25,822 nt of DNA. Source: Endomicrobiia bacterium (GTDB taxonomy: Bacteria > Elusimicrobiota > Endomicrobiia > DTEH01). Each line of letters opens with the position of its first letter. The first letter of the stretch is position 1. The stretch spans positions 257 through 26,078 of the forward strand of contig JBCNUU010000015.1 in NCBI GenBank assembly GCA_039630545.1, written 5' to 3'. The notes beneath the pieces were generated by a model. It was not told the origin of the DNA. It did no database searches and saw only the letters and a program-made list of their open reading frames with translations. Shown here piece by piece: positions 9,049-18,648 of this stretch. The position numbers were made by a program, and so were the translations under genes.

Positions 9049-11408
9049 AAAACATGACAGAGCAACAAATTAAACAAGAAAATAAACTACCTTTTATCCC
9101 ATTAAGAGACACGGTAGTACCTCCTTATAATATTGCACCTCTTAACCTAGGTAGAAACTTATCAATTTTAGCTGCAGAAGAAGCTTTAAAAACACAGGAT
9201 AAACTTATAGTGATAAGCTGTCAAAAAAAACCTACAATAGAGCGTCCTTCTTTTCAGGATGTCTATAATATAGGAACACTTTCAAAAATTTTACAATCTT
9301 TAAAAACCCCAGATGGTTCTGTAAAAATTTTAATAGAAGGTCTTCAGAGAGTAGAAATTCTTGAATATAATTATACTCCTAAAGGATATATTGAGGTAAA
9401 ATATGAAATACTGAAGGAGAAAAGCATAACACAACAAGAAACCATAGAAATTGAAGCATTAATGAGACAAGTAAAAGAAGAATTTAAAGAGTATGTAAAA
9501 ATTAATCGTAAATTACCTGCAGAAATAGCTATCTCTATAGATAACATATACGAACCCCCCAGGTTAGTTTTCACCATTATTAATTATCTAAACATTAAAC
9601 TTCAAGATAAACAAAAGTTGTTAGAAATAATAGACTTAAAACAACTTCTGGAAGAAACAATAAAACATATTGTTGCTGAAAAAGAAATCTTAAAAATAGA
9701 AGAACGCGTTCATTCACGAGTAAGACAACAGATAGAAAAGGCTCAAAAAGAATACTATCTAACCGAGCAGATGAAAGCTATTCAAAGAGAATTAAAACAA
9801 AAAGATGATTTCACAAAAGAAATAGAAGAACTCAAAGAAAAAATTAAACAGGCAAAAATGTCAAAAGAAGCTGAAGAAACGGCTCTGAGAGAACTTTCAA
9901 GGCTTGAAAAAATGATGCCTTACTCTCCTGAGGCAACTGTGGTAAGAACTTATCTTGACTGGCTAATTTGTTTGCCATGGAGCAAAAAAACAAAAGATGT
10001 GATAGATATTCACAAAGCTAAAGAAATTTTAGATGAAGACCACTATGGACTTGAAAAAGTAAAAGAAAGAATACTTGAATATCTTTCAGTTCTTAAAAGA
10101 GTAAAAAAAATAAAAGGACCTATTTTATGCTTTGTGGGACCTCCTGGAGTTGGAAAAACTTCAATTGCAAAATCTATAGCTAGGGCTTTAGGAAGAAACT
10201 TTGTTTCGGTCTCTTTAGGAGGTGTAAGGGATGAAGCAGAAATAAGAGGACACAGACGAACATATATTGGGTCTTTACCAGGAAGAATTATTCAATGGAT
10301 GAGGAAAGCAAATTCAAAAAATCCTGTGTTTTTATTAGATGAGATTGACAAGATGGGTGTAGACTGGAGAGGCGATCCATCTGCGGCTTTACTTGAAGTG
10401 TTAGATCCTGAGCAAAATTATAGATTTGTTGACCATTATTTAGATGTAGAGTTTGATCTTTCCGATGTAATGTTTATATGTACAGCAAATACTACCTACA
10501 CAATTTCTCCAACTTTACTAGATAGGTTAGAAATTATAAATTTTTCTGGATACACCTGGGAAGAAAAATTACAAATTGCAAAAAAATACCTTATTCCAAA
10601 AGAACTTAAAAATCACGGAGCAAAAGAGAACGAGATAGAATTTACAGATGAAGCAATAAAAGAAATAATAGATAAATACACAAGGGAAGCAGGAGTAAGA
10701 AACTTAGAAAGAGAAATTGCAAATGTAATAAGAAAAGCTTTAAAGGAAATTTCTTTATCAGAAGAAAAGAAGCATAAAAAAATTGAAAAATTAACTATAA
10801 CAAAAGAAAATTTACACACTTACTTAGGACCCCCAAAATTTTTAAGAGAAACACTTACTTCAAATGGAGTAGGTGTAGTTACAGGTTTGGCCTGGACAGA
10901 ATATGGAGGTGAAACTCTAACAATTGAAGCTGTGATGTTTAAAGGGACAGGAAAACTTATCCTAACAGGAAAATTAGGAGAAGTTATGCAAGAGTCAGCT
11001 CAAGCTGCTTTATCTTATATAAAATCCATAGCAGACAAACTAAAAATAAAACCGGAAATATTTAAAAAATATGATTTGCACATTCATATTCCTGAAGGAG
11101 CTATACCAAAAGATGGCCCTTCCGCAGGAGTTGCCATCGCCACAGCTATTGCTTCAATTATAACAAAAAGAAAGGTAACTTCTCACATAGCTATGACAGG
11201 AGAAATTACTCTTCAAGGAAAAATCCTTCCAATAGGTGGTCTTAAAGAGAAACTAATTGCTGCTTATCGTGAAGGTATAAAAGTTGTGTTCTTCCCGGAA
11301 GCAAACAAAAAGGATTTAGATGAAGTACCTCAATATGTAAAGGAAAAAATAAAACTCATACCAATAAAACATATTAAAGAAGTCTTAGATAAAGTTTTAG
11401 AAAACTAA
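9045..11408 (+). CDS. lon: Endopeptidase La (Lon protease)
   Basis: N-terminal Lon domain, Walker [25 protein letters not shown], and catalytic dyad in KDGPSAG and GGLKEK. Start is TTG at 9045 (TTGA overlap with the clpX stop) or ATG at 9054. Confidence 0.98.
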   Translation: MKNMTEQQIKQENKLPFIPLRDTVVPPYNIAPLNLGRNLSILAAEEALKTQDKLIVISCQKKPTIERPSFQDVYNIGTLSKILQSLKTPDGSVKILIEGLQRVEILEYNYTPKGYIEVKYEILKEKSITQQETIEIEALMRQVKEEFKEYVKINRKLPAEIAISIDNIYEPPRLVFTIINYLNIKLQDKQKLLEIIDLKQLLEETIKHIVAEKEILKIEERVHSRVRQQIEKAQKEYYLTEQMKAIQRELKQKDDFTKEIEELKEKIKQAKMSKEAEETALRELSRLEKMMPYSPEATVVRTYLDWLICLPWSKKTKDVIDIHKAKEILDEDHYGLEKVKERILEYLSVLKRVKKIKGPILCFVGPPGVGKTSIAKSIARALGRNFVSVSLGGVRDEAEIRGHRRTYIGSLPGRIIQWMRKANSKNPVFLLDEIDKMGVDWRGDPSAALLEVLDPEQNYRFVDHYLDVEFDLSDVMFICTANTTYTISPTLLDRLEIINFSGYTWEEKLQIAKKYLIPKELKNHGAKENEIEFTDEAIKEIIDKYTREAGVRNLEREIANVIRKALKEISLSEEKKHKKIEKLTITKENLHTYLGPPKFLRETLTSNGVGVVTGLAWTEYGGETLTIEAVMFKGTGKLILTGKLGEVMQESAQAALSYIKSIADKLKIKPEIFKKYDLHIHIPEGAIPKDGPSAGVAIATAIASIITKRKVTSHIAMTGEITLQGKILPIGGLKEKLIAAYREGIKVVFFPEANKKDLDEVPQYVKEKIKLIPIKHIKEVLDKVLEN

Positions 11409-11413
11409 AAGTA

Positions 11414-11442
11414 GGAACATTTAGAAACTGCAAAGTATCTAA
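11414..11442 (+). promoter_or_regulatory. Candidate ECF-sigma (sigmaE/AlgU-like) promoter GGAACAT-N17-TCTAA
   Basis: GGAACAT at 11414-11420 and TCTAA at 11438-11442 in the 81-nt gap before the large surface-protein gene. Resembles the GAACTT-N16/17-TCTnA consensus. Confidence 0.35.
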
Positions 11443-11489
11443 TTATTTAAGAAGGAATAATACTACACTTATCTTTTCAGGAGGGATTT

Positions 11490-14400
11490 ATGATGATAAA
11501 ATTAACAAAATTAATATTATTTTTAACTTTTATCCTTTCTTTTATCCCTCCCTTACATTCAGACGAAGGAGATATCATATGGAAAAGCACAATTACTCCA
11601 ACTTCTTCTATTTTAGGTAACGGTGGTAGCGGTATTACATTGTTAGGTAATCAAGTATTTATAAGTGGAATAATAGATACTAACTGGACTACAACACCCC
11701 CCCAACTAAATGGAGTAATAGCTGGATATGATATTTCAACTGGAAGAGAAGTTCTTTTAAGAAGAATTCAAAATACTTTAATTTTAGATATATCCTCTCT
11801 TGAAACATTAAACAGACTGGTAATAAGCGGAGCAATTGAAGGAGGTTTTTTTCCCATTCCTATGTTATATTTTGCTGTCGTAAATCCAGCTAATGGTAAT
11901 ATAGTAGAGTCTTACACACATAATACAGTAAGCTATGCAGGAAGACATATACCATTTTCAGAAAATCAAATATATGTGTCTGCTAACATTGTCCAGAATT
12001 CAGATAGTGGTTTTTTCTTATTTAATAATCAAGCACAACTTCAACAACAACAGATTTCTCAAACCTCTACTCAAGAATATCTTTATGATATCAAAGTTTC
12101 CACAAATCAATATATCTACGCGATAGGGAAACAAAGAGCTGATAACAATGATGATTATGATATCATGGTTATAAGATGGGCGCCCCAATTAATACAACCA
12201 CAACCTTTGATAATCAACTACAATAACTCAAATGACATTGGAGGAGCAATTTACATAACAAAAAAGAATGAAATTTATGTTGCAGGATATGTTACACTTT
12301 CAACAGAACCATTCAAAGTGGGTCTTTTAATTACTAAATTAAATGAAGATTTAACCTACAGCTGGGATAAACCTTTTATTAAAGAACTTACTACAGATAC
12401 TACAGGGTTTAATTATTTTCTTGCAAATAACTTCTTACCTTTATGTGATATAACACAAGACGAAACAACTGAAAACATATATGTGGTTTACAATGAAGTA
12501 AAAAATGAAATTCCTTATGCAAATTTAATTAAAATAGACAAAAACAAAAATATCCTTTTAGAAAGAACCTATCCATATTGCATTTTTACATCTTTAGTTT
12601 TAGATGGTCAAAAAAATATCTACGTAACAGGAACTTCTTTTGAAACCACCATTGAGATAGCCACCTGGAAATTAGAGGGTCCTAGTTCTGCTTTACAAGC
12701 AAAAGGGTATCTGACAGGATCTGTAGTTTCAGAAGAAGAATCAACTCCTCTTGTAGGTGCTATAATAGAAGTTTTTAAAGGAACTACACTTGTAGCACAA
12801 ACAGCTGCTGGTGTAGATGGTAAATATCACTTGGAAATTTCTACTGGAGTATACATAGTTAAGGCTTCTTCTTATGGATATGTTTCAGAATTTTCTCCGC
12901 AAGTATATATAGAAGAAAACTCCACTACTACAGTAAACTTTTCATTAGAAAAAGTAAACTTTGGATTTTTAACTGGAACAGTGCTGTCCGAAGAATCTCA
13001 ACCAATATCTAACGCAACTATATTAGCCCTACAAAACCAGATAATAATATCATCCACCACCACCCAACAAGACGGTAGTTACCATATGACTTTAGATGCA
13101 GGAAGCTATGATATAGAAGTATCTAAGTTTGGCTATCAAACTCAAGTTGCTACATCAGTAGTAATAACTCCTTTAGGGACTACAATTAAAAATTTTATTC
13201 TTAAGAAATCTCCTGTTGGATATTTAGAAGGAAAAATTTTAGACCAGCAAGCACAACCTCTACAGGGAGCAGTTGTTGAGATCTTTTATAATTCAGTACT
13301 CCTCTCTTCAACAACTGCTGATATAAATGGTTCTTACTTTATAAGTATACCTGCAGGGACTTATGAAGTAAAAGCTTCTTCTTCAGGTTTTGTTTCTAAA
13401 AGTTCCACAGTAGTGATTATTGAAAATTCTACTATAACTTTAAATTTTGTGCTTCAAAGAATACCTAAAGGAATTGTAAGAGGTTATGTATTAAATACAA
13501 ATGGAGAACCTATTAACATGGCGACATTGAGTTTCTATCTTAACAATGAACTAATAACGACTACTAACTCTAACAACTTTGGATTCTACGAAGTAACAGT
13601 TCCTACAGGAAGTTATAAAGTAGAAATATACGCTGTAAATTATCAATCTAAAACAGAAGAAGGTATTATAGTGTATGAAAGCTCTGTAACTTATAAAAAC
13701 TTTATATTAACAAGAATACCTAAAGGATATATAACAGGAACAATAACAACAAGACCTGGAAATCGACCTGTTGTTGGAGCTGTAATAAAAGTTTTGTTAG
13801 ATTCTCAAGTAGTAATAAGCACAACTGCAAGAGTTGATGGCAGTTATTTTCTGGAGGTAGCTTCCGGAGTATATAACATAGAGGTTTCCTCTGGAGGCTA
13901 TATGACTGTATATTCCACAGGTATAATTGTAAATGATAATGAAACAGTAACTTTAAACTTTGTTTTAGAAAGAATAAGAACGGGAGTAATAGAAGGAATT
14001 GTCTTAAACAACGAAACTGCTCAACCATTAAAAGATGCTACCGTTACTTTAAAAATATATAATGTGACAGTGGCTTCTACTACTACAGATGAAAATGGTA
14101 GTTATAAGTTTATCTGCCAGATAGGAACTTATATAGTAGAGGCTTCTTTAGCGGGTTTTAAAACTCAACAAAAAACTGCACAAGTCCTAGAAAACTCAAC
14201 AACTACTTTGAACTTTTTACTTTCTGCTGCATACTATATTGAAGGAAAGGTGGTTACTTCATTTAATCAACCTTTAGAGGATACCACTGTCATCCTTGTT
14301 TGTCTTACTGACGGAACAACTTTGCAAACAAAAACAAACACTGAAGGAATATATAGATTTTCAGAGCTAATAAAAGCTGACTATAAAGTCTATCCACAAA

Positions 14401-14825
14401 AAGAAGGCTGGATATTTGAACCACAACAATATATTTACACTCAACTCAGTTCTAACAAAACAGCACAAAACTTTACTGCCTATCAACAGCAACTTCCTCC
14501 AGAGCAAAAAATTACTTTACCAATTGGAGAGGTGTCTGCTCCGAAAAAAGACGAGATTAAAGTTGTCACCTCAAATTCTTCAGGTAAAATAACCTCAGAA
14601 GATAAAATATATATTCTGTTTAACTCCGTCCCCTCTAAAGAATATACTCTTAAGATAATCACTCTTTTAGGTGACAAAGTCTATGAAACCAAAAAAACAG
14701 CAACAGATGCCTATGAGTTTTTTGAATATAGTTTAAGACTAAAAGATCTTTCATCCGGAACATATCTTTTAATAATAGAATCTGAAAATTCTAAATTAAC
14801 AAAAAAGATTTCTTTAGTAAGATAA
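11490..14825 (+). CDS. Large secreted/surface protein: signal peptide, putative 7-bladed beta-propeller, 7 carboxypeptidase-regulatory-like repeats, T9SS type A-like C-terminal domain
   Basis: Sec-type signal (MMIKLTKLILFLTFILSFIPPLHS|DEG). Seven blade-like motifs: QVFISG, RLVISG, QIYVSA, YIYAIG, EIYVAG, NIYVVY, NIYVTG. Repeats of about 85 aa with Gx(I/L)xGxV...P(L/I)xxA...T..dGxY...GxY. C-terminus YTLKIITLLGDKV...LSSGTYLLII...TKKISLVR. CAGGAGG RBS. Confidence 0.85.
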   Translation: MMIKLTKLILFLTFILSFIPPLHSDEGDIIWKSTITPTSSILGNGGSGITLLGNQVFISGIIDTNWTTTPPQLNGVIAGYDISTGREVLLRRIQNTLILDISSLETLNRLVISGAIEGGFFPIPMLYFAVVNPANGNIVESYTHNTVSYAGRHIPFSENQIYVSANIVQNSDSGFFLFNNQAQLQQQQISQTSTQEYLYDIKVSTNQYIYAIGKQRADNNDDYDIMVIRWAPQLIQPQPLIINYNNSNDIGGAIYITKKNEIYVAGYVTLSTEPFKVGLLITKLNEDLTYSWDKPFIKELTTDTTGFNYFLANNFLPLCDITQDETTENIYVVYNEVKNEIPYANLIKIDKNKNILLERTYPYCIFTSLVLDGQKNIYVTGTSFETTIEIATWKLEGPSSALQAKGYLTGSVVSEEESTPLVGAIIEVFKGTTLVAQTAAGVDGKYHLEISTGVYIVKASSYGYVSEFSPQVYIEENSTTTVNFSLEKVNFGFLTGTVLSEESQPISNATILALQNQIIISSTTTQQDGSYHMTLDAGSYDIEVSKFGYQTQVATSVVITPLGTTIKNFILKKSPVGYLEGKILDQQAQPLQGAVVEIFYNSVLLSSTTADINGSYFISIPAGTYEVKASSSGFVSKSSTVVIIENSTITLNFVLQRIPKGIVRGYVLNTNGEPINMATLSFYLNNELITTTNSNNFGFYEVTVPTGSYKVEIYAVNYQSKTEEGIIVYESSVTYKNFILTRIPKGYITGTITTRPGNRPVVGAVIKVLLDSQVVISTTARVDGSYFLEVASGVYNIEVSSGGYMTVYSTGIIVNDNETVTLNFVLERIRTGVIEGIVLNNETAQPLKDATVTLKIYNVTVASTTTDENGSYKFICQIGTYIVEASLAGFKTQQKTAQVLENSTTTLNFLLSAAYYIEGKVVTSFNQPLEDTTVILVCLTDGTTLQTKTNTEGIYRFSELIKADYKVYPQKEGWIFEPQQYIYTQLSSNKTAQNFTAYQQQLPPEQKITLPIGEVSAPKKDEIKVVTSNSSGKITSEDKIYILFNSVPSKEYTLKIITLLGDKVYETKKTATDAYEFFEYSLRLKDLSSGTYLLIIESENSKLTKKISLVR
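12705..14483 (+). repeat. Seven tandem intragenic repeats of about 250-258 bp encoding carboxypeptidase-regulatory-like beta-sandwich domains
   Basis: Unit starts at 12705, 12963, 13218, 13470, 13725, 13983 and 14232. Exact 16-nt duplicate aagaatacctaaagga at 13457-13472 and 13712-13727, 255 nt apart. Confidence 0.85.
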
Positions 14826-14841
14826 AAGGAGGTTTTTTGTT

Positions 14842-15729
14842 ATGAATAAAAAAATCAACATCGTTTTAGCTAGTTTTGTGATATCTATAGAATTATTTTC
14901 AGCTACCCTTCCTGGTTGGTGGTTTTTTCAAAAAAATTATACTACCACATCAGAGGTGTTCATTTCAGAAAATTTTTTAAGAATTGATACTCTCCAGACT
15001 ATCTCAAATCATCCTGCGTGTTTTTCTTTTTACCAGGGAAAAGCAGGAATGTTTATGTTTACAGAAGTTTCTACTCTAAATTTAATTTATTCTGGTATCT
15101 TTTATGCAACAAAACTTAAATCTATAGGAATCTCAGGAGGACTGATTTATAATGACACAGGAAAAGAAACTATACATTACCTACAATCAGGCGTTGAAAA
15201 ATCTGAGACTATAAATTTACAGAGAGACATTTTCATGATTTCATCTTTAAGTAAACTTATAAAAGATAACATTTCTTTTTCTTTGACCTTCAAAATAGCC
15301 AATAGTATGCTCCAAAACGAAAATGCTTTAGCGTTTGCTTTTGATTTTAATCTATTTTTTTATTCTATTATTAAAAATTCAAACCTTGCTGTAAGTTTTA
15401 AAAACATTGGAATGTCTACTAGTTTTAAAGAAGAAAGCGATTCTTTACCTTTAAGTCTCTCAGTTACTTATTCTTGTAAAATTCTTAGATTCTTTGAGTT
15501 AGGATTAAATTTACCTTATGTGTTTAACTATAGATTTTCACCATCTTTAGGAGTAGCTTTTACGAAGGATCCAGTGAAAGTGTATTTAAGCTATACATTT
15601 AACAAAGAAGATAACAATTTTGGTTTTGGAGTATCAAGTAACATTCAAAACTTTGAGATCGGATATAGTATAGTTCCTTCTAAATACTTAGGAGTTTCTC
15701 ACAAAGTAGGTTTAGGATATAAATTTTAA
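14842..15729 (+). CDS. Outer-membrane beta-barrel protein, PorV/PorQ (UPF0164)-like
   Basis: Signal peptide, amphipathic alternating strands, and motifs NHPA, FAFDFN, VSFKNIG and DSLP. C-terminus IGYSIVPSKYLGVSHKVGLGYKF ends in Phe (beta-signal-like). AAGGAGG RBS within the 16-nt gap after the upstream gene. Confidence 0.7.
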   Translation: MNKKINIVLASFVISIELFSATLPGWWFFQKNYTTTSEVFISENFLRIDTLQTISNHPACFSFYQGKAGMFMFTEVSTLNLIYSGIFYATKLKSIGISGGLIYNDTGKETIHYLQSGVEKSETINLQRDIFMISSLSKLIKDNISFSLTFKIANSMLQNENALAFAFDFNLFFYSIIKNSNLAVSFKNIGMSTSFKEESDSLPLSLSVTYSCKILRFFELGLNLPYVFNYRFSPSLGVAFTKDPVKVYLSYTFNKEDNNFGFGVSSNIQNFEIGYSIVPSKYLGVSHKVGLGYKF

Positions 15730-16334
15730 AAATATTCTCTTTCTTTAAACTTTACTTTTAACTTTTTAGACAAAGATTTTATCTTTTTTATATCTACCAG
15801 TGGGTGAGTAATTGAAGTTATTATAACTTCAGGAAAATATTTTTTTGATTTTTTAATAAAAGATATTATTTTTTTAAACGGAGAACGAATATTTGTTTTG
15901 TGAAGCAACTTAAAAGTCCTTTCATTATGAGCGTTAAGAGAAATAGATACTACATCTACAACATTTTTTAGTTCTTCATATACATTTTCATTTTTTTTTA
16001 AATATTCGTCTGCTAATCCATTGGTGTTAATTCTTATCTTTAAACCAGGATAGTTATTTTTTATCCACTTAGATATTTTCAAAATTTCTTTCCATCTAAG
16101 AAGTGGATCACCGTATCCACAAAAAACTACTTCCTTTATGTCTGAATATTTTTTTAGCTTTTCAGATAAATTTTTAATAATTTCTTTAAATGTGGGTTCT
16201 CGCTTTAATTTTAAATCATAACCATAAAATTTAAAATTCCACTTATATTTTATACAATAGCTACATTTAACCAAACACCTATTTGTTAAGTTAATATACA
16301 AGTTGTTTTTAAAAAAATACACTATATCACTCAT
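15726..16334 (-). CDS. Radical SAM protein, TatD-associated family
   Basis: LYINLTNRCLVKCSYC (CxxxCxxC), LKLKREP, EVVFCGYGDP, RINTNG and SISLNA. Located downstream of metG. Confidence 0.88.
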   Translation of the reverse strand: MSDIVYFFKNNLYINLTNRCLVKCSYCIKYKWNFKFYGYDLKLKREPTFKEIIKNLSEKLKKYSDIKEVVFCGYGDPLLRWKEILKISKWIKNNYPGLKIRINTNGLADEYLKKNENVYEELKNVVDVVSISLNAHNERTFKLLHKTNIRSPFKKIISFIKKSKKYFPEVIITSITHPLVDIKKIKSLSKKLKVKFKEREYF

Positions 16335-17839
16335 AACTTCTTAAAAAGAATTTCCTGTGATTTGAACTCTTTAACTTTAACATTTAACTCAAACTTTTCT
16401 ACAAGCTGTGTAAATTCAAAATTTAGATCTTTAATTACAAAATAATCTAAAATCTTTTTGCTTATATCAGGCATTACAGGATAAAACAATAATGCTGCTG
16501 TTTTTATACAACTTAAAAGATCTGTAAGAACTTCAGATAGCTGTTGCGTTTTATTTTCTTTGTATAAACTCCAAGGAGCTTTAAACTGAATGTACCAGTT
16601 TGCATAAGATGTCAAAGAAAGTACTACTTGGGGAATTTTGTGAATGTTAAGTGTAGAAAAACAATTTTTATAATCTTTTATAGTTGATACTATCTTTTCT
16701 TTTGTCTCATAAGAGACTTCTTTAACCTCAAAATTATCATTAAAGAATTTTTTAACCATACCTATAGTTCTGGCAACTAAATTGCCTAAGTTATCCGCTA
16801 ACTCCCTGTTATATCTTTCTTTTAAATCCAACAAAGAAAAATTGCCATCTATTCCTAAAGGGAAATTAGAAATAATCAACATTCTGGTGGCATCTACTCC
16901 AAAAAGGTCTACAAGCTGTTTAGGTTTTATAACGTTTCCTAAAGTCTTTGACATTTTTTTTCCATCCACGGTAAAAAATCCATGTGACAAAATTATTTTT
17001 GGCAGATCTATATCCAAAGCTATAAGTAAAGCAGGCCAGATTACTGCGTGGAACCAAAGAATATCTTTGCCTATTATATGTAAATCTGCTGGCCAAAATT
17101 CAAAAGTATGTGCATTTTCTAATTTAAAATAATCAATACCTGACAAATAATTTATAAGAGCATCGACCCATACATACAGTGTTTGTTCTTCATCAAATGG
17201 TAATCTTATGGCCCATTTCACTGCTTTTCTTGAAATGCTGATATCTTCTATGTTTAACTCTAATTTTCCAAGAATTTCATTTTTTCTTTCCTGTGGTATA
17301 ATAAGAATTTCATTTTTTTCTATTTTTTTATAAATCAAATCTTTAAACTTATTCAATCTAAAAAAATAGTTTTCTTCCTTATGAAACACAGGTTCCAAAT
17401 TGTGATCAGGACATTTACCGTCTACAAGTTCTTCTTTTGAAATAAATTTCTCGCAATGAATGCAATATAATCCTTCATAATAATTTTTATATATTAACTG
17501 TCTTTCGTAAAGTTTTTTTAATACAATATTAACAGTCTCTTCATGCTGAAGATCTGTCGTTCTTATAAACCTAGAGTAATCAATATTTAACAAATTCCAT
17601 GTTTCTTTAAATTTATTTGCAATAAGGTCACAATACTGTTTTGGTTCAAAATTATTTCTTTTTGCAACCTCTTCAACTTTTGCTCCATGTTCATCTGTTC
17701 CTGTAAGAAAAAATGTCTTATAATTTAAGATCTTGTAGTATCTTGCTATAACATCTGCAATAACAGTGGTATAAGTATGCCCTATATGGGGTTCGTCATT
17801 TACATAATATATAGGAGTTGTTAAATAAAACTTTTTCAT
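16331..17839 (-). CDS. metG: Methionine--tRNA ligase, short form without the C-terminal tRNA-binding appendix
   Basis: FYLTTPIYYVN, HIGH, TGTDEHG, zinc knuckle CIHC...CPDH, YVWVDALINY, IGKDI, KMSKT and LADNLGNL. 502 aa. Confidence 0.97.
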   Translation of the reverse strand: MKKFYLTTPIYYVNDEPHIGHTYTTVIADVIARYYKILNYKTFFLTGTDEHGAKVEEVAKRNNFEPKQYCDLIANKFKETWNLLNIDYSRFIRTTDLQHEETVNIVLKKLYERQLIYKNYYEGLYCIHCEKFISKEELVDGKCPDHNLEPVFHKEENYFFRLNKFKDLIYKKIEKNEILIIPQERKNEILGKLELNIEDISISRKAVKWAIRLPFDEEQTLYVWVDALINYLSGIDYFKLENAHTFEFWPADLHIIGKDILWFHAVIWPALLIALDIDLPKIILSHGFFTVDGKKMSKTLGNVIKPKQLVDLFGVDATRMLIISNFPLGIDGNFSLLDLKERYNRELADNLGNLVARTIGMVKKFFNDNFEVKEVSYETKEKIVSTIKDYKNCFSTLNIHKIPQVVLSLTSYANWYIQFKAPWSLYKENKTQQLSEVLTDLLSCIKTAALLFYPVMPDISKKILDYFVIKDLNFEFTQLVEKFELNVKVKEFKSQEILFKKL

Positions 17840-18648
17840 TGGTATGTATCTTTTACATCGTATGTTTTTAGAATAACTTCTTCATCTTTTTTTAATTCAA
17901 CAGTAATTTTTTCTTTTATGCAATCTATAGAAACAACCTTTCCTTCCCCATCTTTTGTTTTTATATATGTACCTATTTTTGGTAACTTCTCAACACACTC
18001 TTTATAAAAATTATATTCATAACCTAAACAACATTTTAATCTATTACATAAACCAGAAAGCTTTGGTATATTTAGAGATAACTGCTGAATCTTAGCCATT
18101 TCTACTGAAATTGACTCAAAATTTTTTATCCACCTTTTGCAACATAGCTCATATCCACAAACACCTATTCCTCCTAGCATCTTTGTCTCATCTCTTGGAC
18201 CTATCTGCTTCATTATTATTTTTGCTTTAAATTTATGAGCAAACTCCTGAATTATTTTTCCTAAGTTTGTAGGTTTTTCTTGAATGTAATAAACATATAG
18301 TTTGGTTCTATCAAAAGAGTATTCTACAAAAGATATTTTTATAGGAAGTTCATAGTTAGAACATGTTTTTTTTATTATTTTATATGCTTCTCTTGCTCTG
18401 TTTTGATTTTCTTTTATTCGTTGAAAGTCATGCTCGTTAAGTTTTCTAATTATTTTAGCAACATTTTCTTTTCTTAAAGAAATCTCATCCACCAATTTTT
18501 CATCAGACAAAACCTCTGCTATTTCATATGTATTATCAAAATAAACAATTACTTTATCAGAAATTTTAATATCTATACCATTGACATTTTCAGCATATAT
18601 CACTTCCTTGTTTTCTAATTTTACTTCTACTATAAGTTTTTGGTGCAT
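17836..18648 (-). CDS. ricT: PSP1 domain Fe-S protein (RicT/YaaT family)
   Basis: QIGPRDETKMLGGIGVCGYELCC, SVEMAKIQQLSLN and KLSGLCNRLKCCLGYE. Canonical tmk-holB-yaaT-metG synteny. Confidence 0.92.
   Translation of the reverse strand: MHQKLIVEVKLENKEVIYAENVNGIDIKISDKVIVYFDNTYEIAEVLSDEKLVDEISLRKENVAKIIRKLNEHDFQRIKENQNRAREAYKIIKKTCSNYELPIKISFVEYSFDRTKLYVYYIQEKPTNLGKIIQEFAHKFKAKIIMKQIGPRDETKMLGGIGVCGYELCCKRWIKNFESISVEMAKIQQLSLNIPKLSGLCNRLKCCLGYEYNFYKECVEKLPKIGTYIKTKDGEGKVVSIDCIKEKITVELKKDEEVILKTYDVKDTYQ

Noticed and set aside
12705..14483. Periodic sequence considered as a CRISPR array or non-coding repeat
   Set aside because: The period is about 255 nt, in frame and degenerate, and is fully explained by protein domain repeats. 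There is no repeat-spacer structure and no cas gene.
16331..17839. Short MetG as a truncated pseudogene
   Set aside because: MetRS of about 500 aa without the C-terminal appendix is a known functional form. Catalytic and anticodon-binding regions are present and the stop is coupled to the next gene.
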